Shown piece by piece: positions 51,301 to 63,570 of a DNA stretch of 64,000 bases (position 1 is the first letter of the stretch; each line of letters opens with the position of its first letter). Origin of the DNA: Macrostomum lignano (lineage: Eukaryota); contig NIVC01002158.1 in the NCBI GenBank assembly GCA_002269645.1, forward strand, positions 134,101-198,100. Reading direction: 5' to 3'. Both the position numbers and the translations under genes were made by a program. A model generated the notes under the pieces. The model saw only the letters and a list, made by a program, of their open reading frames with translations. It was not told where the DNA came from and ran no database searches.

Positions 51301-51518
51301 CGCCCGCTCCCGCCAGCGTGTCGGACTGGCCGCCCTCCTCAGCCAAGTCGCCAACCGGCATTTCGCCCAACCGCCAGCGTCTGTCGGTCCTGGCCGCCGC
51401 TCCTCCAGCCGTTAGGCGTCGTCGGGATCGACCTGCCACGGCGGTGTCGACAACGGAAAACCGACCACGGCTGACTAAAAATGTCGAAGTCTACACTGAA
51501 GAGGAGGATGTGTTTTGA
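45392..51518 (+). CDS. Five-exon coiled-coil protein of unknown function. Exons 45392-45551, 46594-46850, 48307-48528, 50040-50167, 51104-51518
   Basis: All junctions GT-AG and in phase. Heptad-rich E/R/K/A/Q sequence with a conserved-looking FQSLQTDYKRFLDYSDGHFHSDYMM segment. A C6orf163-like identity is only a guess. Confidence 0.8.
45838..46000 (+). ncRNA. H/ACA snoRNA-like copy 6 (intron 1 of the coiled-coil gene)
   Basis: Same fold, boxes and pocket strands. Confidence 0.72.
46262..46424 (+). ncRNA. H/ACA snoRNA-like copy 7 (intron 1)
   Basis: Same fold, boxes and pocket strands. Confidence 0.72.
47166..47322 (+). ncRNA. H/ACA snoRNA-like copy 8 (intron 2)
   Basis: Same fold with a shortened apical loop. 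Confidence 0.7.
47507..47670 (+). ncRNA. H/ACA snoRNA-like copy 9 (intron 2)
   Basis: Same fold, boxes and pocket strands. Confidence 0.72.
47710..47745 (+). other. 5S rRNA internal-control-region-like fragment (best copy); related motifs near 40014, 40411, 46083, 47391 and 49312
   Basis: agttaagcagcgctgggcgcggttagtactcagat closely resembles recalled invertebrate 5S (ttaagcagcgtcgggcgcggttagtacttagat). TTAAGC-N11/12-GGTTAGTA spacing is kept in all copies. Confidence 0.55.
48030..48290 (+). mobile_element. tRNA-derived SINE with a CORE/V-type central domain
   Basis: A-box tagcctagtgg and B-box ggttcgtttcc, followed by gtgtcattgagcaagacacttaac...ctgtaaaatggg. No complete cloverleaf. 3' end uncertain. 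Confidence 0.65.
48560..49020. repeat. About 20-bp minisatellite (tggcatccctgtgtccattc)
   Basis: Tandem copies about 30 nt after the donor at 48529. Confidence 0.9.
49099..49259 (+). ncRNA. H/ACA snoRNA-like copy 10 (intron 3)
   Basis: Same fold, boxes and pocket strands. Confidence 0.7.
49501..49666 (+). ncRNA. H/ACA snoRNA-like copy 11, strongly diverged (intron 3)
   Basis: 5' hairpin and H box AGAUAA are recognisable, with pocket CAGCU / UGUUCUCU. 3' hairpin largely replaced, but an ACA lies at the expected distance. Confidence 0.45.
49760..50010. repeat. About 20-bp pyrimidine-rich minisatellite (cagcatctccctgtctaccc)
   Basis: Tandem copies upstream of the acceptor at 50039. Confidence 0.85.
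50860..51020 (+). ncRNA. H/ACA snoRNA-like copy 12 (intron 4)
   Basis: Same fold, boxes and pocket strands; ends about 80 nt before the 3' splice site. Confidence 0.74.
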
Positions 51519-53599
51519 TTGGTTTGATGTTGATTTTTTTGTTTTTCTTTATCTTTGGTCTTCCTACTTTAAGTAGCTTTGAGAAAATCCCTATCCTTAA
51601 TTACATTCGAACATCGCCTTTGTGTCGTATTTTTAGAAAACTTTTATATTTATAGTTTTTGCTCAGTGATAATAAACTCTGCAGCCATGTTTTTTGGCCT
51701 TTTGCCAGCAGCTGTTTCTTCTTTTTTCAAAACTTCAGTGCTGTGATAGCTCCAACAAATACTGTTTTTTTAGATTACCGCTGCCTACTATAAGTAGAGC
51801 TAGCTGTGCGATAACTGCAGCTTTTTAGTGTATAGCTGTAAATTGTGTAGCATTTTTCATTTTATCTAAGAAATCGATTGAGCGTTTATTTTAAAGCACT
51901 GCCATTCAGATTCAACCAGTGATTCTGCTTTTTTCTATGGCCAAAACACCCTCAATTATCTTGACCTCAAGGACACAGCCGTTAAGTCCGAGTTCAGCTG
52001 TTCTTCCCATACCCGGTTTTGGCCATAGACAATCTTCAAAGCATGGATTGAATTTATGGTTTGCCTCGTCAATTAAAGTGAGTGCTCGACTTCTTACATA
52101 AAATGATAAAAATGCTATTTTTAGACTCGCCTAGGGTGCACTCAGTTTTATTGCTTATTCTTCCCCTAGATTATATTTTCTAATTATTGTCTAACAAGAT
52201 TTTTTTTCCGAATATAAGCATGTAAATATATAGATATATGTCTGTCTGACTACTTGCTAAGTAGCTGATTTAGCGCCACATTTTTTCTACTATATAGCTT
52301 TTTGCTGAAAGATTAACTGTAAACCAGTCAGCAAGTGTTTTTTCTTGTGTTTTTTCACAATCTGGAAAAGTCGCCATCACAGAAGATTCTGTCACGTTAT
52401 TTGCGTAGTGGCTAGGACCCTTAAAAGGGTCGTTTAACGGGAATCGTCGTAAGTCGTTGTAGTCCCAAAATGAATCGAAGTCAATTCTTGTAAAGCGGAT
52501 TGTGTAGCGGAGCACTTGGCGTATAAGGGCAGGAAACTGCCGTAGTTAATTTATTGTTGAGATCAATATTAGAACTGGTTAATGTCAATACAAAACTTAT
52601 TGCGCTTTGGGACACTGGCGGCTGCAACAATGGTTTCAATGGTTTGGAAGGTAATTTCGAATGATGAAGTCGAGTAGCAGGCGAAGGATACAATGGCGAC
52701 GCAACGTAGTGAGTGATGGCGATGAGCACAGTGGAGGCAGTGAGTAGTAAGTAAACAGGCAGATAAGTAGCGGTGAGAGTGGCGTTAGCTGTGGCAGTAC
52801 ACTGGAGTACAGTGTGTAAACAGGCTGGCCCAGACAGAGGAGCCGTGGCGAGAGATAAGGAGACTCGAGGTAGCCAGGAGAGAGAGAAGGAAAACGAGAG
52901 CCAGACGCCGAAGCCAGAAGTGAGGAGGCCCCCAGCCCGCCGCCAGGCGGGGGTTAATAAAGAGCGCAGAAGGGTTAGCATAAAACACGGAGAGTTTTCA
53001 TTGGCTGGCGAGAGAACTTGAAATTATCGATCGTGCTAAAATTTACAGACGAACGCAAGGCCTACCAAATACACAGTGAATTAGCCATTGATACAGATTA
53101 TTTGCACGCTACTACAAGTAACCGTTAAAATAAACTATTGGAGAAATTAAAATGAGAAATTGCAAGGGAAACTACAGTCCAACGGCCCTTTTGCGGGACC
53201 ACCTTAAACTAGCAACGTCACAATTCCCTTTGTGGTGGTAAGGTCGTAGAGTGCAGCTAAAGTCTCTCAAGGCGGACTTGAGTTGAGGAATGAAGTGCGG
53301 AGCGGTGTGCGAGGTTTGGACGGATTAAAGCCGTCCCAATCAGTTTTGTCGCATCTTTTATTTCAAATTAGTCCCAGAGAAATTGCTCTGGCGCATAGAG
53401 GCGACTTTTCAGTTTTACTGAGTAGCTTGCATTGTGCTAATTAGATAGCAAGACATAATTAGCCGTAATAATAGCCAAAGTTACTCCTGCCGTTTACCCG
53501 AAGTTGCGTTAATTTTACTTAGTTTTCTTTCATAGGTAAGTGAGTCGCATTTTCGGTAAAAAAGGTAAGCGCCCTGACGAATCCGGCCTGAACCGGTGT

Positions 53600-54818
53600 A
53601 ATGCCAACCATTATCCTAGGCAGAGCCTAGCAACGCCATCAAGGATAAAAGCCATCCGACCGGGCGGGAGATCTAGCTTGGACAACTCCGCCTGCCACTC
53701 GGCCAGATTGAGATCAGAGGATAAAACAGGAGGAATAAAATTCGCGCTATGATCGAGTCAGTGTTGCGGTTTCTCCTCACCGCTCGATTCGTCGCGGTGG
53801 AAGGCTGCCTCAGAGTGCGCCAGGCCGCATCTTCGGCAGCGATGCAGGAACCGACAGCTCTTTCGTTCGCACCCGCGTATCCTGTTGTAGTCGAAGCAAA
53901 CCAGTTGATTGCGCTTCTGGGCACCACCCCCGATTGCTGCTTCTGGGGAGCCATGAGGTACGCCGCAACCAGACTCAGGTCCGAGCTGTGCGACTCCCAC
54001 TTGCCATCAGTCGCTTGGCTGAGCCGGCACTCGTCATCAAATCTCATGACACGGCTCTTGTCGAAGCCCAGGTCCAACAACTCGCCAATGCGTGCGGTGT
54101 ACCTGAGACAGTCTCTGAGCTCTGCCACATCCAATCGACCATGCTGATCCAGTCTGACTAGACGCCCGTCAGTCAGCATCTGAAGCATCACCTGCGCATT
54201 GCCCGTCACCCAATCGCCTAACGAACGCGCCTCGACCGCCACTTCTTTAGACTTACTCTGGCTTAGAAGACACTGCTTGCGCTTACTGACGAAGTCAACG
54301 ATTCGGTAGACGCTACTGGTACTTCTCCCTGAGGCTCCCATGTTCTCATGCTGCTGCCCAACTTCATGCTGCACACATCCAGTTAGGCAATTTAGCAACT
54401 CACCCGGTACATCACGTGCCTCAGAACGGCCGACCCGTAGCTGCGCGAACTTGGATTCCAGCTGCGCTTCTTCTTTGCGCAGCTTCAGCAGACGGATTCG
54501 CTTCTCCGCCTCCAGCAGCTGTTCGTCCAGGCCGCCAGCCGCGCCAGACCCACCGTTCTCGACCTGTCGCCGATTTGGGGGGCTGCCCCCGCTGCTCGCT
54601 ACCGCCGAGTTCTGCCCTGTAGCTCGCAGAATGGCCTGAACGTTCGTCAGCTCGTCACTCTCGACAGAGGTCTCCACGTCTTGCATATGGGCGCGAAGCC
54701 TTTGGACTAGTTTTGCTTTGTTGCCAGAGGTTGGCAAACCAAGCTCCTTTAGTTTCCCTCGCAGTGCTGGCACAGTTGTGGGGACGGAATCGGCTGACTG
54801 GCTACGGGTGCGGTTCAT
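53600..54818 (-). mobile_element. Truncated DIRS/Ngaro-like (tyrosine-recombinase retrotransposon) gag with N-terminal SAP domain, frameshifted zinc finger and the start of a pol-like frame
   Basis: TVPALRGKLKELGLPTSGNKAKLVQRLR (SAP-like). MRFDDECRL..A...W motif. CFDYNRIRGCERKSCRFLHRCRRCGLAH lies in a shifted frame. Then DLNLAEWQAEL...AFILDGV. No RT core or recombinase seen. Confidence 0.6.
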
Positions 54819-55204
54819 GACTCAGCAAAAGTTTCTATTTCCAAGTCAAAAAAATTCACTGCGAGAAGGCAAAGTGAGCCGCCAGTAGAGCGCGACGGGG
54901 GTTTAAAAACACCCCTGCCACCCAACGGGGGGGGGCAGGCGACGATGTACAATCAACGCGCTGGGCACTAAAGCCGGTTTGTGCACTTTCGCCGCACAAA
55001 CCAGTCCATTAAATACGGCACGGCACAAGTCATGCCAAGCGCACTCCTAAGCTGATTTCTCTCTGGGGTTTACGAGATTAAAGACCTGTCAATAATCACT
55101 GTTTTTAGCCGTGATCTGATATCACGTAAATGAATACTGCCGAATCTTTTATAAGCGCGCATTCTTGTCCGCAAGTCTGTTAACAAAATTTCATAGTACG
55201 TTCA

Positions 55205-55436
55205 GATTCAGAAGTACGCGTCTGCCAGCAGCCTCAGCTTTAAAGTCGGTGGTGACAAGGTGCTGCTGCTGAACTTTGTCCGTGCCGATCGGAAAGGCGG
55301 CGAAACTGAAGACACCGTGGTGTACCAAGGTATACACGGTCGAACGTGTCGTCCTAAACAACAACCTGTACGGACTCGAGAGGGAAATGTACAGCGATCA
55401 ATGGCCACCACCTCAAGAAATACCACGAATAGTTAA
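55205..55436 (+). pseudogene. Frameshifted remnant of a Gypsy-type integrase C-terminus (GPY/F-like)
   Basis: Across frames: FKV-GDKVLLLNFVRADRKG / KLKTPW..Y.V..V.NNNLY.L / NGHHLKKYHE*. Confidence 0.5.
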
Positions 55437-55619
55437 TGTAACGTCGTCGCTTCTGTATTGAAAATGTTCAATTTCGGATTTATGGTTTTTGCAATTAATA
55501 TTTAAAACTATATCTATTTTGGTCTAATGTTTGTGACTATTTTTTAGTTACCTTCCCCATTTGGTTTAATTTTGTTTTTCTATTTTCAATTAGTGCGGTT
55601 ATTCAAATTTTGCTTCTTA

Positions 55620-56099
55620 ATAGCACTAACTGAAGATAAACTTTCCCAAAGCTTTAATAACGAGAAATACCTAGTGAAAAAGCACCTCAAGATACACAGA
55701 GAAAGAGAACTTAGCCAAAAGCTAGAGAATCAGCAACATATTAAACTCTACAAAAACGCCTATCTCTACAAAAAAATCTGCAGGCCCGACCTTTCAGATT
55801 ACTTTCCATGCACTTTTAGAAACAAAAAATTCTTAACAACCCTCCTAAAACTGAAATGCGAAATTACACCCAACATTTTCTCTCATGAAGCATGTAGACT
55901 GTGTGGAGCGAGAAATGGTTCCGATATCCTACACTACTTGACCGAATGTCCACAAACTGAAAAGATCAGAAAAAAATACTTCTGTCAGTACCTCTTAAAT
56001 GACAAGCAAGTACACAAGTTAGGATATGCTACAAATGAAAAAAGAGTCAGAAAAGAGCTCACTGGTGTAGCTAAAATATATGAAGTCATGAATAGCTAA
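55620..56099 (+). mobile_element. 3' fragment of a non-LTR retrotransposon ORF2 (C-terminal CCHC finger)
   Basis: LLKLKC...CRLCG...DILHYLTECPQTEKIR pattern. A-rich coding strand. No RT domain, consistent with 5' truncation. Confidence 0.55.
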
Positions 56100-58717
56100 A
56101 ACAGTTATGCAAACTGAAACAGACATATCAGCAGTGTAATAAATCCGCTTTTCTTTTGTTTATTCATTTACTGCCTTTTTAATTTCCTATTTAATTAGCA
56201 TTTAATTAATATTTAATTAGTTTCCTATCTAATACCTATTTAAATTGTCGCTATTCGTTTAACGTAAATTTCTTTCGAAGTTCGTTTTTGTTCATTTTTC
56301 GTTCGTTTTTCACGCTTTGAAATATTGCGCGCTTGCAAAATACTATATCTTTTTACAAAAAAACGCTCTTTCAAATACCTTAATAATTTTACAAATATCG
56401 TAACTCGCATCGTAACTCGTGTAAAAATTTAACCTTTTGAACAAATTTAACCTTTTGAACTTAATCGTAATTAAACAACTAATACTAAAATAACTTAAAT
56501 ACACAGAAATATACTGGCCAAACAGGCTTCTTGCCTGAGCCAACTTACTACTACTACTACTTTGTGTATAGTCCTGCGCTCTGGGTGTTGGTCTTAGTAC
56601 CCGTAGGCTTGGTGGCATTAGCATTATATTATCGTCTCAGATTACCCTTTGGTAAATAGTTGGCATTGCCATACTGCTTCTGACCTACTCGCCATTATTC
56701 AGACTACTAGCTAGCAATTGAGTTGTTAAATTAATAATACGTATATTGGCCTAGGACAAGATCAACACTCAGACTCAGCACGCGCACGCGCATCAGTCCC
56801 ATGTTCTCGAACTAAATAAACTCGTCACATAAATTTCAAAAATTTCTAATATTTTGAGTAATTTTAGGCTTAAACTTAATGGGAAGATCTAGAAAGTAGG
56901 ACTTAAACGATAAGGAAGTTTGATAATTGAATATACGCTCGAAATTTATTTGCGTAGTCTTTAAAGCGTGCAGGATTTATCTTAAGGACAGGCTAAATTA
57001 TTAGCTATTTGCGGTTAATTTATTTTTCACATCAAGGCTTATAATACCATAAAGTGCATTAATTAATTTTGTGTACGAGTATAATTCATTCAGTTCTGGA
57101 TTGTTGTTGTCTCTGTTGAAATGTACTTTGTACTCGTATTAATAATTTATTGTTCTACTTGCAATGTTGTCGGAATATTTTAAAACGAATAAAATAAGGG
57201 CATAAGATAGTTTCTGCTAAGTGAGGGAGTTCAAGATGACCAAGTGAGTTTGGATAACTGAAAAGTAATTTGGCCAAATAGGTTTGTCGTCTTATTTCAT
57301 TCAGCCGAGTAAAACAACGCAATTTTTTTTAAGACGTGGCATCTGTGCAATTACTCTGACATCAGTGACACCGGTGTGTCGTGTCACAGAGACAAGAGAG
57401 GAGAGAGAACAGAGGAGAGATGATAGAGAAGAAGGGAGAGAAGAAGAGGGGAAGACGAGAGCAGAAAAGAGACAATAAACCTTAAGCGAGTAGGATTGCT
57501 ATTGCGAAGTTTCAAAAGGACCCGAGTAGGATATATGTCAAACCATCGCATTATTTATAAGTTTTCCCCACTCAACCAAGTTTCCCCAGGTTGAATCCCG
57601 CGGCTTCAAATAATTTCCAAAGAAGACTTTTAGGGCGGCCTGCACTCACCCTTTACAATGCCGTCATCAAGTTAATGTGGCTTTGTGGCTTTTTGCAAGA
57701 CTTCAGCTGTACAGAACTGCTATAAACTCAACCACGCTTTGATAACACCGTAAATTTCCTAATTTCCTAGCATAAAAACCTAAATCCTTTTCTAAATGGC
57801 CCTACAATAGTCCCTACATTATATTATATTAAATGTGATCCTTATACAGGGCGGGAGAAGTCATTTGATATCAGTCATTTTGACTAGTTTAGGTTAAAGT
57901 GATTAGGGATCGTCCAGTCAAGTACAATTTTCGCACGCATCGGACCGCCGTTCGAGCTCTTCAGTTGCTATGCTCCTTGGGGTCGGCCGCTGCTCCTCAC
58001 TCTCCGGTCGGCCCGATCTCTCGCCGTCTTGCTTTGCTTGGCACCGTCGAGCCAACTGGCTCTGTCTGTTACCTCAGCTGGCGCTGACGTCATCTCTCTT
58101 TGCCAGGCATCCGGAATGGGTGGTGGCTTTTTCACTCTTGTCATGCTTATGTTTCATCGTCATCAACCTCCACTTGTTTCAGGCACCTTATTTTTTCAGC
58201 TTCACTTATTGCTCTCCGAACCTAACCTCAGCTCGCTTTGGATTCATTTACTTTGGCTACATTTTATGTGGCCTACACTCGTATTCTCGCAAAATACCAA
58301 GCCGTTATACAAAAATTTTCATATGCATATATGTATAGAACAGTTTAGCTCGAGAACAAGGGGGGGTAAAGATAAACTTTGAAAAAAGATCGATAATTTC
58401 GAAAGTAGCGAAAAATAACGCTTATGAAATAGCAGGCAGCTAGCATACTGTATGCAGACTCATTTTCGAAACATCTAGCCACTGTAGCAAAGGTTTCGGA
58501 TGCACTGGCTTCGACTGAGTCACGTCATTTCGACTTTCAGTATTAGACGGCATCAGTCCCGCGCCCAAACCCTGTGTGAGCTCTAAGCCGGTGCAGCGCA
58601 CAGCCCGCATTTCGCTTCTGACTTGGCTGCGTCCACACACTGCGATACGCATCAGAATTCCATTGTGCAAACCAAAGCAATAAAAAGTTTAGACATTCAG
58701 GCCTTGCATCTAAAGCC

Positions 58718-61700
58718 ATGCAGCTCTTTCAGTTGCGAGTTTTTGCAGCGTCGGCTCTGCTGCTCTGCTCGCTGGCAGCCGGCCAGGTCTCCCAGTGCGC
58801 TCCCGCTGACTCTCCACGGCTCCGCTTCGTGGCGCAGCTCAGCGTGAACGGCTGCGCGCTGTTCGTGCACGACACGGGAGCGAGCGACGGTACGCACTTG
58901 GCAGTCGAGCCGCTCATGTGCGTGACGGACAGCCTGAGAGGCATTGTTCCCCGATTCGACTTCATCACCCAGCAGCTGTACTTCAGCGTTCCTGTATTGA
59001 TGAGGGATGCTGGGATGCTCGCAGAGGCTCAGCGACAACTACGGCATCTGTCACCGAGGTCTGTGAGCTTCGCCACGGTGACCAACATCAGCGTCTTAGC
59101 CGACACCCGCTCATCGGTTCGGGTTTTGAGTTTCTTGTGGACTCCGGATGAGTCAGTAGCCACTCTAAGAATCGGCTTCAAAATGATTATTTCAAATAAA
59201 AATCCAGTTTCAGTTTCAAAACTGGTAGACAAAAGTTTTTCACTGCAGAACTGGCAATCAGCGAATACCCAGCTGAAGCGCAGTGATGACTTTGGAAGCT
59301 CACCACAAGAGGCTCTTGAAAAAAGTGAAGATATCAGCTTTTATCGTTTCAAACGGATCTTGTCATGAGGTTCAGAGCCGCGTCCTGCTGCAAAACGACA
59401 GCATTTTCGATCTGGACTTGCACCGGCAAAGATTCTCCCCTCTGCCGACATGCCGACAGCTGAAATTCATCCGCACCGTCAATCTCGAGAACTGCTCTGC
59501 CCGAGTGCACCAGAGACTCGACATCAAGGGCCACTTCCTCATCGAGCCTCTTCTGTGCCACAACATCTCCAGCTTGAGCAGCGAGTCAGTCAGGTATGAC
59601 TACAGCCGAGACGTGCACTACCTGAAGCTGGATCTGGTGCTGCAAGATGAGGCCACACGCGATGCTGTGAGGACTCAGTTGGCCGACTTGTCGCCTCGCT
59701 CGGTCGATTTCATGCGGCTGTGGACTGCTGAGAGATCGGTGAGCTCTTCGTTGAGTGCTCGGTTCGAGGTCGGTCCGCTGATGGCGTCGGCAGACTGGAG
59801 GTCCGCTCAGCTGCGGCTGCTCTGCGGAAACTTGAGGAGTTGCCGCAAACTCAGGTCAGCGTGTTTGCTGTCGATAAAGATTTTCTTTTCACGATCTATT
59901 TATCAAAGCGCGTTTTTGCACGTATAAAATAATTTTATGTATTTTCACTAAATTCAGGACTGCACTTTTGGCGGAGCCCGCTGACCTGTGGCGACACGTG
60001 CAGTGGCGGGTGACATCGCTGGTTGCTGAGCAGTGCCTCTCCAATTCCAGCCGAATCACTTCATCATGGAGAATGAAACCGTCTGAAGATGCAGACAGCT
60101 GCTCCAGTTTGAAATCCTGCGCCAGACTGCAATGCGCCTCTGCTCAGCGCACAGCGGGCTCTACCAGTGCGGTTCAACTGCAGCCAGACGGTCGCTGCTT
60201 CCTGAAGATTCAGCAGCGACTTACTGGCATAGTGAGTTTCCAACGAAGCTGGACTGAGTACGAGACTGGGTTCGGTGACGGCACTGACTTCTGGATCGGT
60301 GGGCGGCAGTTTTGTACCAGCTAATATTGTGTGTCAGTAGTGGGAGCAGATTTTGAACCGCTCCTTCTAAACGAAGGCTAGGTGACTCATTCTAAGTGAA
60401 TGGCGGAATGCATTAAACTGATGATGGAATGTTGATTGAAGGATTGGCTGCTCAGCTGATTAAAAATGTTTTTTTTAAAGTTAAAAACATGTTACTGTCA
60501 TCAGGATCACTGGTGTTCTGGAGGCTGCTGCCATTTTCGAGTGCGACAAAAAGATGAGACCATCAATTCTTTTATTTTTTGTTTCAGGAGACCTGAATCC
60601 ATACTCCATGTTTTAAGATGATTTTGAGTTTTACCATGAACATAAAATATAGCATTTTGCAGCCCATTTGGGCTTACGCGCATTTAATTTAATCCAAGAT
60701 ACGTTTGCCAATGTAACAGAGCTTTTGTCTATGGTAGCAGGGCTGGCGCAGCGGCATTTGATTTGGTCCAACAGGCATCCATTTGGTCCAAACACTCGTG
60801 AGCCATTGGACAAACTCTTGCCTTCTCTCAACCGTCTGCAGGTTGTTGCGCACCGCTGGAATGTCAGCGTCTCTACCAAAAATTTTCAGTTGCTTTTCCA
60901 GAGCTCTGCTGATAGTCGAAATCTGATAACCAACTGGAGCTGTTCCCTCAACTTCTGCTGCATTTCGGCAACGTCAACAAAGGGTTCGTCTCTACTGCAT
61001 CGAGTAGCAGTTGGACCTGAGGCTCTCGAGCAACTTTCCTTGGCGATTGCCACCCTTTCGCAGGCAATCTCTGCCGGCAGAGTTTCAAGGCGCTGCTGGA
61101 TGCTGTAAACCACCTTTCCTTTTACATTCAGCAACCTTGCAATGTCCTTTGGGTGTTCACCTCCGTCGAGTGCTTCGATCACAAGCCAATGACATTCGTT
61201 CAACAGCCTAGCATATGGTCCACAATTCTGGGACTGAGCTGCAAATGAACTAAATGGACCAAATTGATGCTTGTTGGACTAAATTAAATGCCGCTGTGCC
61301 AGCCTTGCTACCATAGAAAAAAGCTCCATTACTTTGACAAACATATCTTGGATTAAATTCGATGCGCGTAAGCCCAAATGGGATGCAAAAAGTATATTTA
61401 TTTGCATGTTTTCAGTGAAACCAAAGTATTGCGAAGGAGTTACCTGGTTAAAAATCGGTTAGTGGCTGAGTTGGTATCGCTCGCTTCAAGCATTGACAGA
61501 AGAAAGACCATGGAGGTGCATTTCAAATACACACATTTTTCCTTTGTCTGGATCTCCAAAAAATATTAAACCAATTGCCATGAAAAGCCTGGGGAACGAA
61601 AGCAAAACGAACCTTCGCATTTTTTCTTTAATAATGCCAAATTACAATTTACCGGTATTATTCTTCGTGTGACATGTTTCGCCGAACAATCGGCATCTTC

Positions 61701-62472
61701 AGGCAATAATATAAATGCAGAGAGATGGTAAATTTTTAAAGTCTAGTAAGCCAAAATGATGCAGGTGGTGCATGAGCTTGAAGCTGCGGGAGAACGGGAG
61801 CACAATAACTGGTATTTTCAATTTATCATCGCAAAAAATCATAGCTATATATGAATCAGCAGAATTCATTTGCGCATTAATCCAGATTGCCAGCACAAAA
61901 ATGCTAAAGTTAAACTGAATTTATCTGCACTATCTTCAGTGTAACACCCTGTGCGTTTTCATCAATTATGACTCATCTGAAATGCCACTCACCTGACAGC
62001 AGCGGCGACAAGCCGAGCAGAAGTGACTCAGACTCAGCCGCTCTCCTCCCGCAGGTCTCTCCGCCATCCACTCGCTCAGCCAGGGCGGCGTCACCCTCAG
62101 AGTGGAGATGAAGCTGTGGAACGGCTCTGAGCTGCATGCGGAGTACGCGGGATTCCAGGTGGGAGACGCCAGCACTGGGTATCGGATGACGTACCGAGAG
62201 ATGCTGAGGGACAGGTCCAGTGTCAGCTTTGACGCTTTGGAGCGCCACAAAGGCATGCGGTTCTCCACAATGGACAGGGACAATGACAAAGCGAGTTACT
62301 CATGCTCAAAAAAACAGGGAAAAGGGGCTGGTGGTTCAACTACTGTCATAACTTCAACCCTAACGGAGTTTTTTCTTGTCGATGGAAGATAACAGATCAC
62401 AGCTATATGTGCTGGTACTCTCGCCCTGTCTGGCTGTCTCTTTGTGAAGTGCGGCTGATGCTGCAGATTTGA
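58718..62472 (+). CDS. Secreted fibrinogen-related-domain (FReD) gene with two tandem unrecognised N-terminal domains. Segments 58718 to about 59350, about 59340-59854, 59958-60298, 62055-62472; at least one and possibly two frameshifts
   Basis: Signal peptide. IQQRLTGIVSFQRSWTEYETGFG...FWIG | LSAIHSL...LRVEM...FSTMDRDND. GWWFNYCHNFNPNG is readable only after a frame change near 62324. Splice phases are consistent for the last three segments. Confidence 0.8.
60650..61394 (-). mobile_element. Internally deleted Tc1/mariner-like element in the FReD intron
   Basis: About 140-bp imperfect terminal inverted repeats (60650-60790 / 61255-61394) flanked by TA. Residual HTH VIEALDGGEHPKDIARLLNV...VYSI. 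Confidence 0.75.
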
Positions 62473-62789
62473 GCATCAAAATTGAGCAACTCAACAATGC
62501 ACTCTGCTGAATGAAATAAAATTGTATCGAGTCGGAGTTTACTAAATTGTTATTTTTAGTAAAACTAAAATGTTCATGCAAATATGTCGCTACAAAACAA
62601 TGCTGTCTGAAATCTCCCTAATAGCAAGAGCTTTAATTTTATGGACAGAAACTGAATACATTTTGCCAGTTTTAACTCAACAAACCTAAGTTAATGGACG
62701 CAAACTATTTTGAACAATAAACAAACAAGAAAAGGTCAGCAAGTAATCTACGAATCAACTATTCTATCCGTCCTGTGTTTTTTGTTCTA

Positions 62790-63570
62790 TTCAGTATTGT
62801 GCTGTCTGTTCTATCAGTATTGTGCTGTCTGTTATATCAGTATTGTGCTGTCTGTTCTATCAGTATTGTGCTGTCTGTTATATCAGTATTGTGCTGTCTG
62901 TTCTATCAGTATTGTGCTGTCTGTTCTATCAGTATTGTGCTGTCTGTTCTATCAGTATTGTGCTGTCTGTTCTATCAGTATTGTGCTGTCTGTTCTATCA
63001 GTATTGTGCTGTCTGTTCTATCAGTATTGTGCTGTCTGTTCTATCAGTATTGTGCTGTCTGTTCTATCAGTATTGTGCTGTCTGTTCTATCAGTATTGTG
63101 CTGTCTGTTCTATCAGTATTGTGCTGTCTGTTCTATCAGTATTGTGCTGTCTGTTCTATCAGTATTGTGCTGTCTGTTCTATCAGTATTGTGCTGTCTGT
63201 TCTATCAGTATTGTGCTGTCTGTTCTATCAGTATTGTGCTGTCTGTTCTATCAGTATTGTGCTGTCTGTTCTATCAGTATTGTGCTGTCTGTTCTATCAG
63301 TATTGTGCTGTCTGTTCTATCAGTATTGTGCTGTCTGTTCTATCAGTATTGTGCTGTCCGTTCTATCAGTATTGTGCTGTCTGTTCTATCAGTATTGTGC
63401 TGTCTGTTCTATTAGTATTGTGCTGTCTGTTCTATCAGTATTGTGCTGTCTGTTCTATCAGTATTGTGCTGTCTGTTCTATCAGTATTGTGCTGTCCGTT
63501 CTATCAGTATTGTGCTGTCTGTTCTATCAGTATTGTGTTCTCTGTTCTATCAGTATTGTGCTGTCTATTC
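62790..63570. repeat. 23-bp minisatellite (cagtattgtgctgtctgttctat)
   Basis: About 33 near-perfect copies. Confidence 0.96.

Noticed and set aside
52270-53021. Short ORFs and an LTR-like GA-rich stretch
   Set aside because: No recognisable domain or termini. The same applies to 57.3-58.4 kb, which is probably old repeat debris.
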